Assembly: GCF_024521635.1 (NCBI RefSeq)
Contig: NW_026250409.1
Location: 992,001-1,056,000, forward strand
Length of the DNA stretch: 64,000 nucleotides
Direction of reading: 5' to 3'
DNA from: Tricharina praecox
Lineage: Eukaryota
How positions within the stretch are numbered: position 1 is the stretch's first letter; each line of letters begins with the position of its first letter. The notes beneath the pieces were generated by a model. The model was not told where the DNA came from. It worked only from the letters and a program-made list of their open reading frames with translations, and searched no databases. The position numbers and the translations under genes are program-made. Shown here piece after piece: positions 1-12,845 of this stretch.

Positions 1-27
1 CGACCATCCCAACCATCACCCAACACG

Positions 28-390
28 ATGACCTTCCCGCGGCCTCGCGAACACAGGTCCGCGGAAGAGGCCCTGCAGATGATGTCTGGCGGCCGCGAGG
101 ATCTGCTCCCACGGATCGTCCACTACGGCGGGCACCAACCGCCCACGCCTCCGAGCCCACCACAGGCTGGCGCTCAACAGCATACGACACCCTCCAAGCC
201 GCATCTCAACGGGGACTACCGGCCCCCTGCGTCCGCGGGTAGGAGAAGAAACAGGGCCGAGTACGAGCGCGACCGCGACGAGGAGCAGCATTTCCTACCT
301 GGGTCCCGGGATAGCCCAGAGACAAAAAGGCAAAAGAAGGAAGAGTTCTTGTCCCTGTGCGCCCGCGCCTGGGAGCTGTTTCATTCTTGA
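28..390 (+). CDS. Probable 3' end of an uncharacterised gene that starts before the window
   Basis: Pro/Gln-rich ORF ending in a helical-looking segment (ETKRQKKEEFLSLCARAWELFHS*), followed by a T-rich 3'UTR-like tract. Confidence 0.5.
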   Translation: MTFPRPREHRSAEEALQMMSGGREDLLPRIVHYGGHQPPTPPSPPQAGAQQHTTPSKPHLNGDYRPPASAGRRRNRAEYERDRDEEQHFLPGSRDSPETKRQKKEEFLSLCARAWELFHS

Positions 391-1173
391 AACGAAAACA
401 AGCTGCTCGACTAGAATCGTGTTTCGATGGTGTCCTTATTCTAATTCTTGGGGGCTTTGGGGGGCTGGGGGGGTTTTTTTCCTCGGTTTTCTCTCTCTTT
501 GTTTCTTTCTTTCAATTTGTACTGCTCGTCCTTATTTCCGTATTATGTTCGGGGGAGCAAAGGTTTACCTTGGAAGGTGTTCCGTGTTGGTTGTATTTTC
601 CGATGGGCTGTGGATAAGGGGGGTGCAGGAGTTCAAAAAAAAGCCAAGGCAGGTACCATATACCCTGGGGGATAGGGAGTGCGGTGGTGGTGGCGGCGGC
701 GGCGAGGTTCGCGTGTCTTTACACGTGGATACCTATGTGAGACGGAATCACTTGCGAGTCATTCCGTGGGGACATTATTGATCTGATCTGGTCTGGTTTT
801 GATCTGGAAGGAAGGAACTGTGGTGCGGTCTTGGGCCCGGTACTTTTTTTTTTCGGTTTCTGCTTTTTTTTTTTTTTTTTTTTGCGGGCTTCTTCCTCAT
901 TCTTTTGCGATTTTTCCTTTTTTCCCCCCGTATTTTTTGCTGTTGATTTTTTTACTACCTACTCTACCTATACCTTCTACACTTTACTTTACCTTACTTT
1001 ACTCTACCTTATTCTATTGGGATGGCTCCTAGGGGGTTCTTTGGATTTTTCTTTTTTTGCGGTTTTTGCTTGAACTTGAACTTGAAGCCGTGGATGCTTC
1101 GTTTTTGAACTCTCTCTCTCTCTCGTGCGAGATCTTCTCCTTTGTATGCTGTATTTCGTGGGGTTGGGAAGGG

Positions 1174-1334
1174 TGGGATGGGATGGGATGAGATGGGATG
1201 GGATGGGATGGGTGCGGGAAGGGGAATGGAAGGGGGATGGAATGGAATGGAAAAGGTCTACCTACGAATCATCGAAACGTTTTTGCGAGTGAGTGAGTGA
1301 GTGAGTGAGTGAGTGAGTGAGTGAGTGAGTGAGT
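1174..1334. repeat. Microsatellites (GGGAT)n and (GAGT)n
   Basis: GGGAT run at ~1174-1212 and about 12 GAGT units at ~1287-1334. Confidence 0.9.
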
Positions 1335-1539
1335 GTCGTGCACTCGACTCGACGTTTGTCTTATCTTATCATGGCGATGCAGGCTGCGAGCGGGCGGGCG
1401 ATGTGGGTAGGTTCGTGATGGCGGTGAATCGGTGATGCACAGGCGGCCGGGCGGACGGGCGGACGATACTCGATATAACAGACATCTCGGTCTCAGATTG
1501 CGCGGTGATAGGTGCATATGGTCGCAGCAGTGTACAGAA

Positions 1540-1621
1540 GGTGTTCTGGCCGAGTGGTCTAAGGCGCTAGCTTCAGGTGCTAGTGGAGCAATCCGCGCAG
1601 GTTCGAATCCTGCGGACATCA
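1540..1621 (+). tRNA. tRNA-Leu(CAG), intronless
   Basis: Acceptor stem GGTGTTC/GGACATC; D-arm TGGCCGAGTGGTCTAAGG; anticodon arm CTAGC-TTCAGGT-GCTAG; long variable arm; T-loop GGTTCGAATCC; T-run terminator downstream. Confidence 0.95.
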
Positions 1622-1840
1622 TTACTTCTTTTGTCTTTTGGGGGTTTGGCCCAAGGGCTTGGGGTTGGTTTCGGGTTTTGTTTTGGTTCCGAGTTTTGGA
1701 GGCTTGGATGGGTGTGAAGGGGTGGGGAGGTGGAGGTGAGATTGAGGTTTCGTGGGCTGAAGGGAGAGGGGATGGGATTAGGTGCACGGGAACGGAACGG
1801 GGAGCGGAGTGGTTATCGACCATGTGTGAAGGGTGGTGGA

Positions 1841-1871
<31 letters not shown>

Positions 1872-3035
1872 GACTGGACGGGACTGGACGGGACGGCAAC
1901 AGCACGCTCGCTGGTGCAGCTGTCCAATTGTCGGAGCTGCTCCAAGCCGCCGAGTTGGTTGCCGACTTGCTACGGGCGGTTGCGGGGATCGTTGGGGTTA
2001 CCAGTGCATAGGAAGTCAATCGTGCCAATTTTAGTTCGTTCGAGCGAGCGAGTGGGCGGGGTTGAAGACGATTGCCCGCCGGGCCGCTGTTTCTGGCTGA
2101 GACTGAATGGGACGTCCGCGACGGTATGGCCACTGCATCACTCGCCCGGCTGTGCTCTACTCTTATTCCAATGGCTGAGCGGGCTGAATCCATGCTTGCA
2201 GCAGTACTTAGGAAATATGTGGGTAATCCGTCCAGCGCAAAATATTCAAGCACAGGTCATCACTCGCATTTTTCCTCATTGCACCCCTTTTATATTGCTT
2301 TCCACGCATGTCCAAGCCGCCATTGACGTGTAAGCTCCGCCAAGGACAAAGGTAGCTACGCAATCGAGGCCCCGTGTGATCTGAAGAAGATCCTGAAGAT
2401 TGAGTCTAAGCAAGTGGAAGGCGGCGGGTGAGTGGTGGTGCAACCGCGCCGAGCAGACTCATCAACACCTCTCGGAGTCCTCGGAGTCCTCGGAGTCCGG
2501 AGAGTGTGGCTGGTGCAGAGCTGACAAAATACCGTGGGCAAGCATCGGGAACTTGGAGGGAGACTGGCGGCCTGCGGGAGCGGAGGTGGGGCACGGCGGA
2601 CATGTTTGCCGGTGAACAATGCTTGGATGCAGTACTGGGATACATAACTAAAGACAGAGGGAAGCTTCGCGGGCTGAATAGGCATGTCTGGCGGAGTATT
2701 GTGTGTGGACTGTGTGGGTGGAGATGGGCGCCGGTAGTTCTTTATATTCCTCTTCTCTTGCTTTTGGTAGGCAGTGGCACCGTAGCCAACCGTACCGTAT
2801 GGCAGCGGGGTCATCACCCCGACCTTCCCTCTGCAGGACGGGCAGGGCGGGCAGGACAGGATACGGTAGTTGGATTGATTCGCCATGCAATAAATTGATG
2901 TCCTCTCCGCTCCTACATCTTACACTTCCATTCACTTATCCATAATCCCAAACGCCATCCCCCTCCCTAGCTATAATACGAATCCCAAGAGCAAAGCGCA
3001 ACCATTAAAGAAACCATGCACAACCACATCCACGT

Positions 3036-4284
3036 CTATTTCCGCTTAATCTTAGCCCCGCCAAACACATCATCCCTATCCCTGATTTCCTGCTGGGTCT
3101 TTTGCTTTTTCGCGCGGCGCTCCTCGTCCGCCGCGTCCCGCGTCGCCGCGTGCTTGCCCTTCGCCGCATTGAGCGGTTTCTTGAGCAGGAACAGCTTCTT
3201 GTCGATACCGATCGTCTGGGGAGTGTTAGGTTAGCGCAGCCAGCGGCGGGGGGTGGGGGGTGTGTGTGTGTAAACCAACCTCCTTCTTAAGGTCCGGGGA
3301 AATCTCCGCCGGGCTGAGCGGCACGCCATTCTGCGGCAGACGCAACAGCAGACCCGGATAAGTTGCTGGACTATCCTTCGTGGCCATGAGATGGCACTCC
3401 GCGCACTCCCTGATCACCTTCAGCAGCTTTGGCCGCACCGCGTCGCTGCCAAACTTCACGCGCAGGAAGAACTCGACCAGCTCCGCGTCGTGCGCCCACA
3501 CCGCTGCCAGCGCTATCTGCGGCGGCGGGTATAGGAAGTACACGTCCGTCAGCAGCGCGGTGCCGGTGAGCAGGGAGCGTGCCCGCGCGCATGCCCGCTC
3601 GGACCGCTCGCGGGTGCCGCCTATCTTCTCGAAGCTTTTTTGGAGGGGTGGGCCCTCTGGCCCGCCGGTGGCGGCGGGGGAGCGGTATAGTCCCGAAGCG
3701 ATCGATAGGAGCTCCGCTTTGAGACCCTCGACGGAGCGGAAGGGGTGCAGCACTTGGAAGGACCAGCGGAGGTTCATGGCGATGTCGATTTCGGGCTGCA
3801 GCAGCTCTTCCTTGGTGATGCTGAGGCCGACGGCTTCGGCCGTGCGGATGAACCACGACGTGCTCTGGATCCCCTGCTCGGCTTTGTACGCGAGGAAGAG
3901 GATGGGCAGCAGCAGCGTCTTGGGGTGGATCTGCAGCGGCGAGATGCGCAGGTATATGCGCTGGAGGTAGGCCACGCAGGTAGCCTTCACTGCTGAGCCA
4001 GTGCGGAAGTGGTCGCACAACTGGACGCAGGTGGTGAGGTAGTAGGAGACGAGTTTCAGCTCTTCGCGGGCGGTGAGGGCGGCGGTGCTCGAGGTGTTGG
4101 AGGTGGCGGACGAGCTGCCATCCGACGGCGGCGTCAGGTCGCCCGCTTGCACCGCGGACTGAATCGAGTCGTGTAGCCGCTGCGTCGCGACGGTGTTGGT
4201 CGACGAGCGGATCTGGGAGAGCACCGCAGGCGTGAACGTGAAGTGCCGGTACTGCGTCGATTGAAGGTACGCGCTGTCTTCCAT
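3036..4284 (-). CDS. CCL1: Cyclin H (TFIIK/CAK cyclin, Ccl1/Mcs2-like), 1 intron near the 3' end
   Basis: N-terminal YLQSTQYRHFTFT; cyclin box EELKLVSYY...VKATCVAYLQRIYL...LFLAYKAE; HPFR and TDVYFLYPPPQIALAA motifs. Intron ~3217-3279 leads to a terminal exon ending KIKRK*. Confidence 0.88.
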
Positions 4285-5392
4285 CGTGTTTGCGTGGCCG
4301 TGGTTGGTGCGGTGGCGATGCGTGGGAAGGAGTGGATGCTGCGTCCATTGCGAGCATCGAGTTCTGGGAGACGCGATTGCGGTTAGGGTTTGTGATGCAG
4401 TGCATGGGGTCGCTCGAATGCCGCTAAGATGACGCCAATAAGCCGAGCTTGAGTTTACTCATCATTTGGAAACTCGCAAACCATTCCATTTGATGCTTGA
4501 GGACCCCGATTTTGCCATGATCTAGACGGGTCGCATGCAATCAATAAAAAAAGGTTGAATTTACTCTACTTAATGTTGTGATTATGAGTGATCGCAAATG
4601 GGGAATGTATCCCCACATACATAAACCGCCAGTTGTATCCAAGTGACCTGCGTAAGGGCTTATTGATCCTCGATAGGTACCTGCGCTGTCTACTTCCCCG
4701 CCTTGGAAAACCGAATATTCTTGGAAAGAAAACACGATAACCATCTACTATCTAATCGCCTAGAGCTCATAGCGCCTCAAGGCTCACGCGAAGGTTTAGC
4801 GCTCCGTTTAGAGAACTTCCGCATCATAGTCTATGATTCGATAAACGGCTCTAGAGTCCGGAGCATGTTGCGATTCTCGTTCTCGTTGAAAAGCCACCGT
4901 CGTCACTCGTCCAAGATTTTGCACATTTTTCATATTGGTAATACCTATTTGCACGTCTCGAGTGCGCCTCGAGTGCGCCTCGAGAATCCTGTTGATTCTC
5001 ATACCTGCTTCTGCTTCTGTCTGGTAGGTATGTCTAGCTGGTCATCCGCTGTGTTTTGCGGATGAATCAAGCAACTGAATGATATCATACTCATATTTTC
5101 AACGGGAGCATCCACTGACTCCTGAAGTCCGCCATACGGCGGGCTGAATAGCCAGAGGAATGGGCCATACATCTGGAGCTGGGCTTCTATTGAATATCTC
5201 TCAAGGACGTTGAGGGCAGATCCAAGCTGGCGACGTCCAACCTCTCATGGAAACATAGCTGAACGGTACGGGAATGCCAACTGGCAACTGGGTAGGTAGG
5301 TTGGATGCGATTGTAATTTCCGTATCATTGCACGTAAATATCAAAGTCAGAAGCAGGTATTATAGAGCACAAGTGCCTTCCATCCTTCCATC

Positions 5393-5427
5393 AAAGCAAA
5401 GCAAAGCAAAGCAAAGCAAAGCAAAGC
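5393..5427. repeat. (AAAGC)n microsatellite
   Basis: About 7 tandem AAAGC units in the 3' region of the ATP-grasp gene. Confidence 0.9.
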
Positions 5428-5510
5428 ACAAAAGCGCAACACCGCCAATCGCCCATCGCCCACCCCCCACTCCTCACGTCCCCGCCAAAGCACATCCGCC
5501 CGCCGTCGAC

Positions 5511-7079
5511 CTAATAACTCTCAAAAACCCTCGTAGTGCTAGTATTGACCCTGCTCCACCTCTTGCCCGTCGCGAGACTAGTCACAAACATCCACGGATA
5601 GTAGACATGATACAGCCACCACCACGGACACGGATCATCGATACGGAACGTAGCGTCGTTCCACGCCAGCGCCCTCACCGCGAACCAAAAGATAGTTTTG
5701 GCGACGTCCACGGGGCCAGATCTGGCCGCGAGCAGACTCAGGATCGGAAGGAAGAAGCCCGTGATCAGGTCGTGGCCGAGCCAATAGAAGTGCGTTTTCG
5801 AGGAGGCAGGACAGCCATCGGCGTTGGTGTCCGGCTGCATCACCGTCGAGATGTCGGTGTCATCCTCCGGGAGTTGTCCGTTGAGACGGCCGTTGGTCTT
5901 GCTGGTGGGCAGGCCGGGCTCATCCAGGAGGGTTAGGTATGTGGCCGCCAGGTGTTTCGGCTTGGTGGCGAGGAGGATTACCGCTGTGTGCGTTCGCGGG
6001 TTGCACTCGATCGGGAAGAGCTCGATATCCTGCGCTGCCTTCCCGTGGGCGTTTCTGGCGTCCACAAGGAAGTCGAATGAGAGTTGACCGGTGATGTTAC
6101 CGCCCTCGAGGGTCCTTGCGAGGCGTCGAGTGAAAGCGAGCATCGCGCGGGACAAAGGCGAGGAGACAGACAGCGCCGAGTAGTGCATCAACATCTCACT
6201 GCTGGGACAGGCGACGAATGCCTTCACCTTGCCGCGGACGACGACGGCATGTGTGCAGAATTCCTTGCCGCGGACGAATTGCTGGACGACCCAACGCTTC
6301 TGGGGGGATATGTCGAGACTGTGCACGAACTTCTCTGTCTCCAGCGGCGTAGGCTGCGGGAGCTTCGTCATGTCGGCGCGGGAAACGTCGTCGAGCTCGA
6401 CGCATTTGACGATGAAAGTGAGGTCCGGGTGGTCGAGGAGGACACCGAACACCTCATCTTGGGACTCGACGAGCACCGTGACTGGCGTGGTCAGTCCGGC
6501 ATCCTGGACACTCTGTATGAAGCGGTACTTGTCGTGCAGGATTTCACACGTCTTTGGATCCGGCTGGAAGACTTTGCAGTTGGTCTCCTTCTCGATCACG
6601 GCCTTAAGCAGCGCATCTTCGATAGTCGACGCAACACCGCTCACAGGAAGCCAAAGGTCCACGCCTTGGGATTTGACGAGCCTGACCATCTCCTCCGAGT
6701 ACTTCGCTCGCGACGCCCGGTCGTGCGGCGTGGTGACGGTGAAGTATTTGTCTAACGACTGCGAGAACCGTCCCGAGCTGGGAACGGGCGAATGGGCGTA
6801 ATGTGCAGTATCGAAATCAACACCGATCACGCGGTGGCCGGCCTGGTGGAATGCTCGAGCAAGTGCGAGGCCCTTCCCCATCGCCACTGCCGTAACCATA
6901 ACCGTCCGCTGCGGTCTGGCGGTGCTGCGGATGGTGGGGGCACGCCGGAGACCCTGGATTATCTGCCATAGCAGGCATCCGGCGACGACGAGCGTGTCCA
7001 ACGGGAGGAATATTAGGCTGAGGAGGACCAGGGAGACATTCTTGAAGACGTGTTCTCTGAAGGATACAGGTTCTGGCAT
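5511..7079 (-). CDS. mysC: ATP-grasp ligase of mycosporine biosynthesis (MysC-like), intronless
   Basis: Hydrophobic N-terminus (LVLLSLIFLPLD); MGKGLALARAFHQAGHRVI; LHDKYRF; QQFVRGKEFCTH; GQLSFDF; PIECNPRTHTA; DPCPWWWLYHVYYP. First in-frame ATG is at 7079. Confidence 0.9.
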   Translation of the reverse strand: MPEPVSFREHVFKNVSLVLLSLIFLPLDTLVVAGCLLWQIIQGLRRAPTIRSTARPQRTVMVTAVAMGKGLALARAFHQAGHRVIGVDFDTAHYAHSPVPSSGRFSQSLDKYFTVTTPHDRASRAKYSEEMVRLVKSQGVDLWLPVSGVASTIEDALLKAVIEKETNCKVFQPDPKTCEILHDKYRFIQSVQDAGLTTPVTVLVESQDEVFGVLLDHPDLTFIVKCVELDDVSRADMTKLPQPTPLETEKFVHSLDISPQKRWVVQQFVRGKEFCTHAVVVRGKVKAFVACPSSEMLMHYSALSVSSPLSRAMLAFTRRLARTLEGGNITGQLSFDFLVDARNAHGKAAQDIELFPIECNPRTHTAVILLATKPKHLAATYLTLLDEPGLPTSKTNGRLNGQLPEDDTDISTVMQPDTNADGCPASSKTHFYWLGHDLITGFFLPILSLLAARSGPVDVAKTIFWFAVRALAWNDATFRIDDPCPWWWLYHVYYPWMFVTSLATGKRWSRVNTSTTRVFESY

Positions 7080-8291
7080 TGCTTGGATCGGTCGTTCGGT
7101 CGTTTGGTCGTCGTCGTCGTTGCGGAGTGAAGTCAATGTCTAGGTCCTGAGAGGGCGATGGGCAAAGGAGTAAACGCCGTATTTCAACAAGTCTATGACG
7201 CAATGACATTCTGCACTTGGAGCAAACATTCTAAAATGCACGCGGATCGTCGTTACACCCGACGTGATATCCGGGAGTGGTTCACATGTACCCATTCGAT
7301 AGTTTAGAAAACCCAATCTGTATGTACCTTATCAAGCTCCACAACTTCGATCGATATCAGGGCATATCCATCCGACGATTTTCTCCGATGATCAGACAGG
7401 GAGCATCTGCAGTTGTTTTTCGTATTCTGGGTAACTCCAGCTGCAATTGTATGATTATGCAGGGTGCCGGAGGGACATATGGTGTATGGGAATGTACTAG
7501 CATGTGGGAAGATGCGCAGGTGGGTTCATGGCTCGAATGCCGAAGTTGTGGGGTGAATGCAGAAATATTGTATCACGGTGACTTGGGAAGCTTCGGTAGA
7601 AGGAGCATGAGGATTTGTAGTTCAAGTAACCTACATTCAAGTAGTACATGATTCCGGAGAACTGGTGACCAGCGTTTTGTTCATCAATTATCACGTCGGG
7701 TCATGGTGCTCTCTCGTAGGAATCCGTCGCAGAAGGAGCGAGTACCTAGATCATAACTCGAGAAGGACAATCAGGTCGTCTCGAATCCGGCTCCGAGTGT
7801 CGCCTTGTCAAAATTCAAGATTTTCCGGATGGGTACTTTTTTTGTTTCGATTATCATAGAATTGGACCTTAGTAGATAGATCATGGCTGAGTTATGTACA
7901 TTTCCGGTTCCAACCCGCCGTCTCCAACCACTGGCCGTGAGCTCGACTTGAGCTCCCTATTGCTCTCCGTCTAGCCCTTCTAGATGAGTACGAAACAACC
8001 ATAGGCACGGTTATGTGAGAAAAGAAAACCGAGTTTGGGATCATGAAGTAATCGGGCCAAGATCACGAGGTATCACGAAGCGTCACGTAAGCAAGCATTC
8101 TCATTCCCGGCGTCACAAACAAAACGACCCAACTTTCTCCCAGGCAGTACATGATACCGTTTGTATCCGATCAACAAGTAAGCCAACCCCACACAAAATC
8201 AACGAGAAAAAACAACAACATAGAAAGGCTTTTCAATCCCCTCTCTGCCGCAGAAAATGATTCATATCGTACATCACTCGCACGAAACAAC

Positions 8292-9685
8292 CTATTTGAT
8301 CTCCCTCTGGATCTCGTTGTTCAACGCCGCCATCGCGACATCAGCGTTGAACCCACCGACGTTACGTCCGTGAATGGCATCCTTCTCTTCGGACTCCATG
8401 AAGACGCCGGTGTCGCTCGAATCGACGTATGCGTCGACGCCGGCACCCTCGCGCGGGTACTTCTTGCAGAACTCCCGGTGCATGTGCAGAGCCTTGTTCA
8501 TGTCGTTGGCCGTGCAGTCGTTCAGGAACACGCACTTGCCGATGGGGCTTGGGATGGCGGCGCGGAGAAGACCGTCCCGAGTCTTCAGGATCGCGTTGGT
8601 GCCCTTGGCGATTAAGGCCTCGTCGAACAGGGGGTGGTTCATCGTTAATCCTGCCCGCGAGAAGAGGTTGAGGATGCGGCGGTGGGCATCTGCGTCGATG
8701 ATTCCTTTGGAGAGGGCGAGCGTCGCCGAGTATGCCATGTCGACCGAAATGGCGTGGCCGTGGCGGAGGGGGGTCTTGGGCGCCAGCTCGAGGGTTGGCG
8801 ACCAGGTGTGGCCGTACGCGATGACACGGTCGAGGGCAAGCTCGTGGAGATTGGGGACCTCGAGTTTGAGCATGACGTGGATGCCGCGACGGTTGATCTC
8901 GTCAGCAGCGGCCTTGAGTTCCGGGGAACTGCCGTCGGCGCGGCCGAACTTCATCGAGATGAGCTGCTCGCAATACTTGTCGAGCAAATCGAACGTTTGG
9001 AGGTCGGCACAGGTGGAAATCTTGATGAGCTCGGCGAAGCCATTGCGGACCTGAGCTTCGGGAAGGGTACGCAGGAATGTGAAGTCTAAGAAGGTATACA
9101 TGGGAGCGTGGTAGGCACCAAGACGGTTCTTGTGCTTGCCCTGGTTGACGGCAACCTTGATGGAGACCGAAGCGTCAATGAGGCCGATGACGGTCGTGGG
9201 AATGCGGATGTAGTTAGTGCTGCGACGGTAAGTAGCACACGCAAACCTACAACCCAACGTTAGCAACATACATCCTGAACGATTATTGTGTACAGTGTCA
9301 TGACATACCCGGCGACGTCAGTGATGAGCCCACCGCCGACCACGAGAACCGGCTCGGTGCGGATGATTCCGAATTCAGTCATGGTCTCGCAGATGGCGAG
9401 CAAAGTCTCCATCGTCTTGGATTCTTCGCCGATCCTGGTGCGGTGGATCTGGAGTTTGATGCCGTAGTGCTCGAAGTACGCATGCATCTGCTCGCCGTAT
9501 AGGGCATACACGTTGGTGTCGGCGATGGCCAGGCAGCGCCCCCACTTCTTATACATATCAGCCAGCTGAGAATTCTTAAGGTCGAAGACTCCATCAAGGA
9601 ACATGAAGCCGTAGGAGATACGCTCGACACCATCGACCTGGAAGCCAGTGGGAGTCTCGGCGACGGTAGCCTTGAGGTCGGACAT
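8292..9685 (-). CDS. mysA: Desmethyl-4-deoxygadusol synthase (sugar-phosphate cyclase, MysA-like), 1 intron
   Basis: MSDLKATV start; VGGGLITDVAG|FACATYRR; PTTVIGLIDASVSIKVAVN; KNRLGAYHAP; DDGS-type MLKLEVPNLHELALDRVIAYGHTWSP; LRHGHAI; KTRDG. GT-AG intron ~9248-9308. Confidence 0.95.
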
Positions 9686-11484
9686 TGCTTCGAAATGCTC
9701 TGCACAACTAGGGGAAAACGAGGAGGGGCTATGGAGGAGAAGATGGGAAACGAGGGGAAAAACACTAGGTGCTGGGAAACGGGAGAGAGAAGGAAGACTG
9801 TAAGGGGAACTCTGAAGCTGGATGAGCAGATCGAGAGCCTAGTGTCGGAAAGTGGTTGAACAACAGTGAAGAGCAGCAGTAGTAGCGATGGAAGGCTCAC
9901 TATATATTCCGTCGGATCTCTAGATGTAAGCAACGTCGGATGATTCTACCTAGGTTGTTTGGTCAGACCCGGATGTCGAACGAGAAATGCTCTCCACTCT
10001 GTTGGAGTGGGACTCACTGGGCTGGGATGGTTGGCGCATGTGCACGTTTCATCTCTCCGGACGGAAAGACTATATCTAAAGTGCGTCGGTTCCTCCGGCT
10101 GTCAGCCCAGATCTGACAATGGATAGAAATCCTCCAAGCGCAAGTAAGCGGGCTCGGGGGACGCGAGCATGAAGCCCGTACCCGTGGGTAGCAGCTCCAT
10201 TTGGGTTCGAGTGATCTCGTGTGGTTTATGCTTCGGGACAAGCACGAACCACAACCACCCATCGACAAGGAGGGGTGGAGGTGGAGAATTGTATAGAGGA
10301 AACGAGAGCACGTTCTCTTGTACCGTCGCATCTGTCTCAGAAGGCCGAACATGCCTGCTACAGCAGCCATCTGTGGGGGAGTCGGGACCCTGAAAGTACC
10401 CATACATATGGCCCAATGGTATTTGTAACCAGATTGGCGAGCGAGCTAGCAGCGTAGGTTTATCGAGATCCGGCCACGATCCGAGCGGCGGGAAGACTTG
10501 CAGGGGGATGTGCTCGGCAGCTATATTTAGAGTAGAGCTAGGTAGTTATCCTCGATTCCTGCGGATTTTGAATTTTGAAGAGTGCGTCACCTCCTAGAAC
10601 TCGGAGATATTGGTGCCCTACTCTAGGTTGTGCCCTACTTGCTCGTATGCACTGAGTTTGTCGGCTGGATACATTGATATTCTATGCACACGCTCCCGAA
10701 TACCTACAATAGACATACACGCGCTGGTTGGCTACTACTACCGGTAGTAGATGAGGCGGTTTATGGCCTCGTAGTCTTCTTCTCTGGAAGCATCATGTGG
10801 CCATCACCAGAAAGGAAGGATGTCGTGGTTTAAACTTCATCCAGCGTAGAATGGCGAGATCCAGTTAACCCAGAAATCAGGCAATCGATCGTAAGTGAAT
10901 GAGCTTGGCTTGCTAGCTAGCTGTAGCACGAAATGGTCGGGCAATTGCACCTCGAACTCGACGCTGCAGTCCGCCGAGAGATATACCCTCGTCGCGGAAG
11001 TGCAGTAGTATTTCGGGGGAGGGGGAGTCTCGATCGCGGTAAATTTCCTCCCCGAACCATAAACCAACAAAGAGGCCGAGTGGAATTGAAGGACCTATAT
11101 GGCGATCTTGTTCGTGCAAGCACCCGTTTAGCCCCTCAGATTGATGATAAACTACACGGAAGGAGACACATGCGTACAATTAACCCACCCCCATTGAAGG
11201 CAAGGCCCAGCCAAGCTTTCCGCTGACCAAGGAAAATCTTCCAAGTAGAACGTGATATCATAGAAGGGAAGGGAGGGGTTACGATAGCCTTCTGTTCTGT
11301 GTCCGTCTTCGGATCCGTGTTCTGGAGCAGAAGAGTCGCACCACCACTACATACACTCCATTCTCGCTCTCGCTTTTGATCTTTTGATCTCGCGGCTGCA
11401 ACAGTAACAGTAACATCAACTACCGCTTCCACGTATTCCAACAGCCATAGACACAAAGTATCACCACCAGCAGTGCACAGCAAA

Positions 11485-12457
11485 ATGGTCGGATCAGGCT
11501 TCACCTCCGCGCACCGCTACGGCCATCAAGGCGACGTCTACGTACCGTCCCCTCGTCCATCAATCCCCGTTCCCCCCACTAACAACCCGCATAGTTCAAC
11601 GACGGCCGCGAGCTACAACTGCTCAACCACATATTCAGCCTGCCACCGGCACGGCTCGACGCGCTCCGTGGCAACCCCACGAGCATCCTGCAAGAGATCG
11701 ACCAGTTCGCGACAAAGACGTACCTGATGAACGTCGGCGAGCTGAAGGGCTCGCACGTCACGTCGCTGATCGCCGAGGTGGCGCCGCGGGTCTGTGTCGA
11801 GCTCGGCGGGTACGTCGGGTACTCGGCGATCCTGTTTGGCGATGCCGTCAAGAAAGCTGCCGGAGAGGGTGCGAAGTACTACTGCCTCGAGTATAACCCC
11901 ACGTTTGCCGCTGTCATCATGGCCTTGATTGGGCTGGCTGGGTTGGCGAATGTCGTCAAGGTTTACCCCCAGCTGCGCCCACCCCACGAGCCCGGCTGAC
12001 GCATGGGGGGATGGGATAGGTCGTGATCGGCCCGTCGACGACGTCGCTGGTGCGTCTGCACGCGGAGGGCGCGCTCGGCGCGGGCATCGACTTTATGTTT
12101 CTGGACCACCTGAAGCCCTTGTACACGCCGGATCTGAAGCTGTGCGAGTCGCTCGGGCTGATCCACGAGGGCACGGTGCTGGCGGCGGACAACATGGTCA
12201 AGCCCGGAAACCCGCCGTACCATGAGTATGTCAACCTCAGCGCCAAGGACAAGATGCTGCTGGCGGAGGGGAAGACTGGGTCCGAGAGGGGTGACCCCGG
12301 GCTGGTCTATGAGAATCAGTGGATCGAGAGCTGGGAGCCGCAGGCTGTTAGGGTATGAAACCCCCCATATTCTACCTCGACGGCAAGGAAAGTGGTGCTG
12401 ATGAGAAATAATTAGGATGCCCTGGAGATTTCGAGGTGCAAAAAGGCCGAGCTTTAG
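11485..12457 (+). CDS. mysB: Catechol-type SAM-dependent O-methyltransferase (MysB equivalent), 3 introns
   Basis: YLMNVGELKG, VELGGYVGYSAI, FMFLDHLKPLYTPDLKLCE, LAADNMVKPGNPPY motifs. Divergent from DDGS. Confidence 0.88.
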
Positions 12458-12845
12458 TTGGTGGCGTGAATGAAACATGAGGGTATTTGTTCGTAGACTG
12501 GTTTGCTTGCTGCTTGTATTTACTGTGCTCTACTGTGCTCCACAAATCTAGAAAAAACGGGTTTACAGAATTGAAGGAATTTGGTGCTCTACATAGATCA
12601 GTATCTTTGCTCAGGATTATGAGGTTGGATATTTTGATATTGGGACACAGAACTCACCTTTTAGATTGTAGTTTTTCTAGCCAAAGAGAACGGTCACTGG
12701 TCAATGAGTGAGCTTTTAGTGGATACATCACGCGGATGTAGTCAAGAGGATGGAAAAAGTGCCACAGACAATAAAGGTAACAGAAATCCATTGTATCAAA
12801 ATATATGCAAGCACCGTTCAGCACGGTTCAATACAATACAAGCGG

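Noticed and set aside
1432..2034. 200 aa and 184 aa ORFs overlapping the tRNA-Leu
   Set aside because: They run through a clear tRNA and microsatellites and show no protein-like motifs.
2072..2898. Several short ORFs between tRNA-Leu and cyclin H
   Set aside because: I could not assemble a convincing spliced model or recognise a motif; a small gene cannot be excluded.
8292..9685. 3-dehydroquinate synthase or EEVS (gadusol) as alternative calls
   Set aside because: The PNLHE...LDRVIAYGHTWSP signature and the O-MT/ATP-grasp neighbours indicate DDGS. Fungal DHQS is part of the AROM polypeptide.
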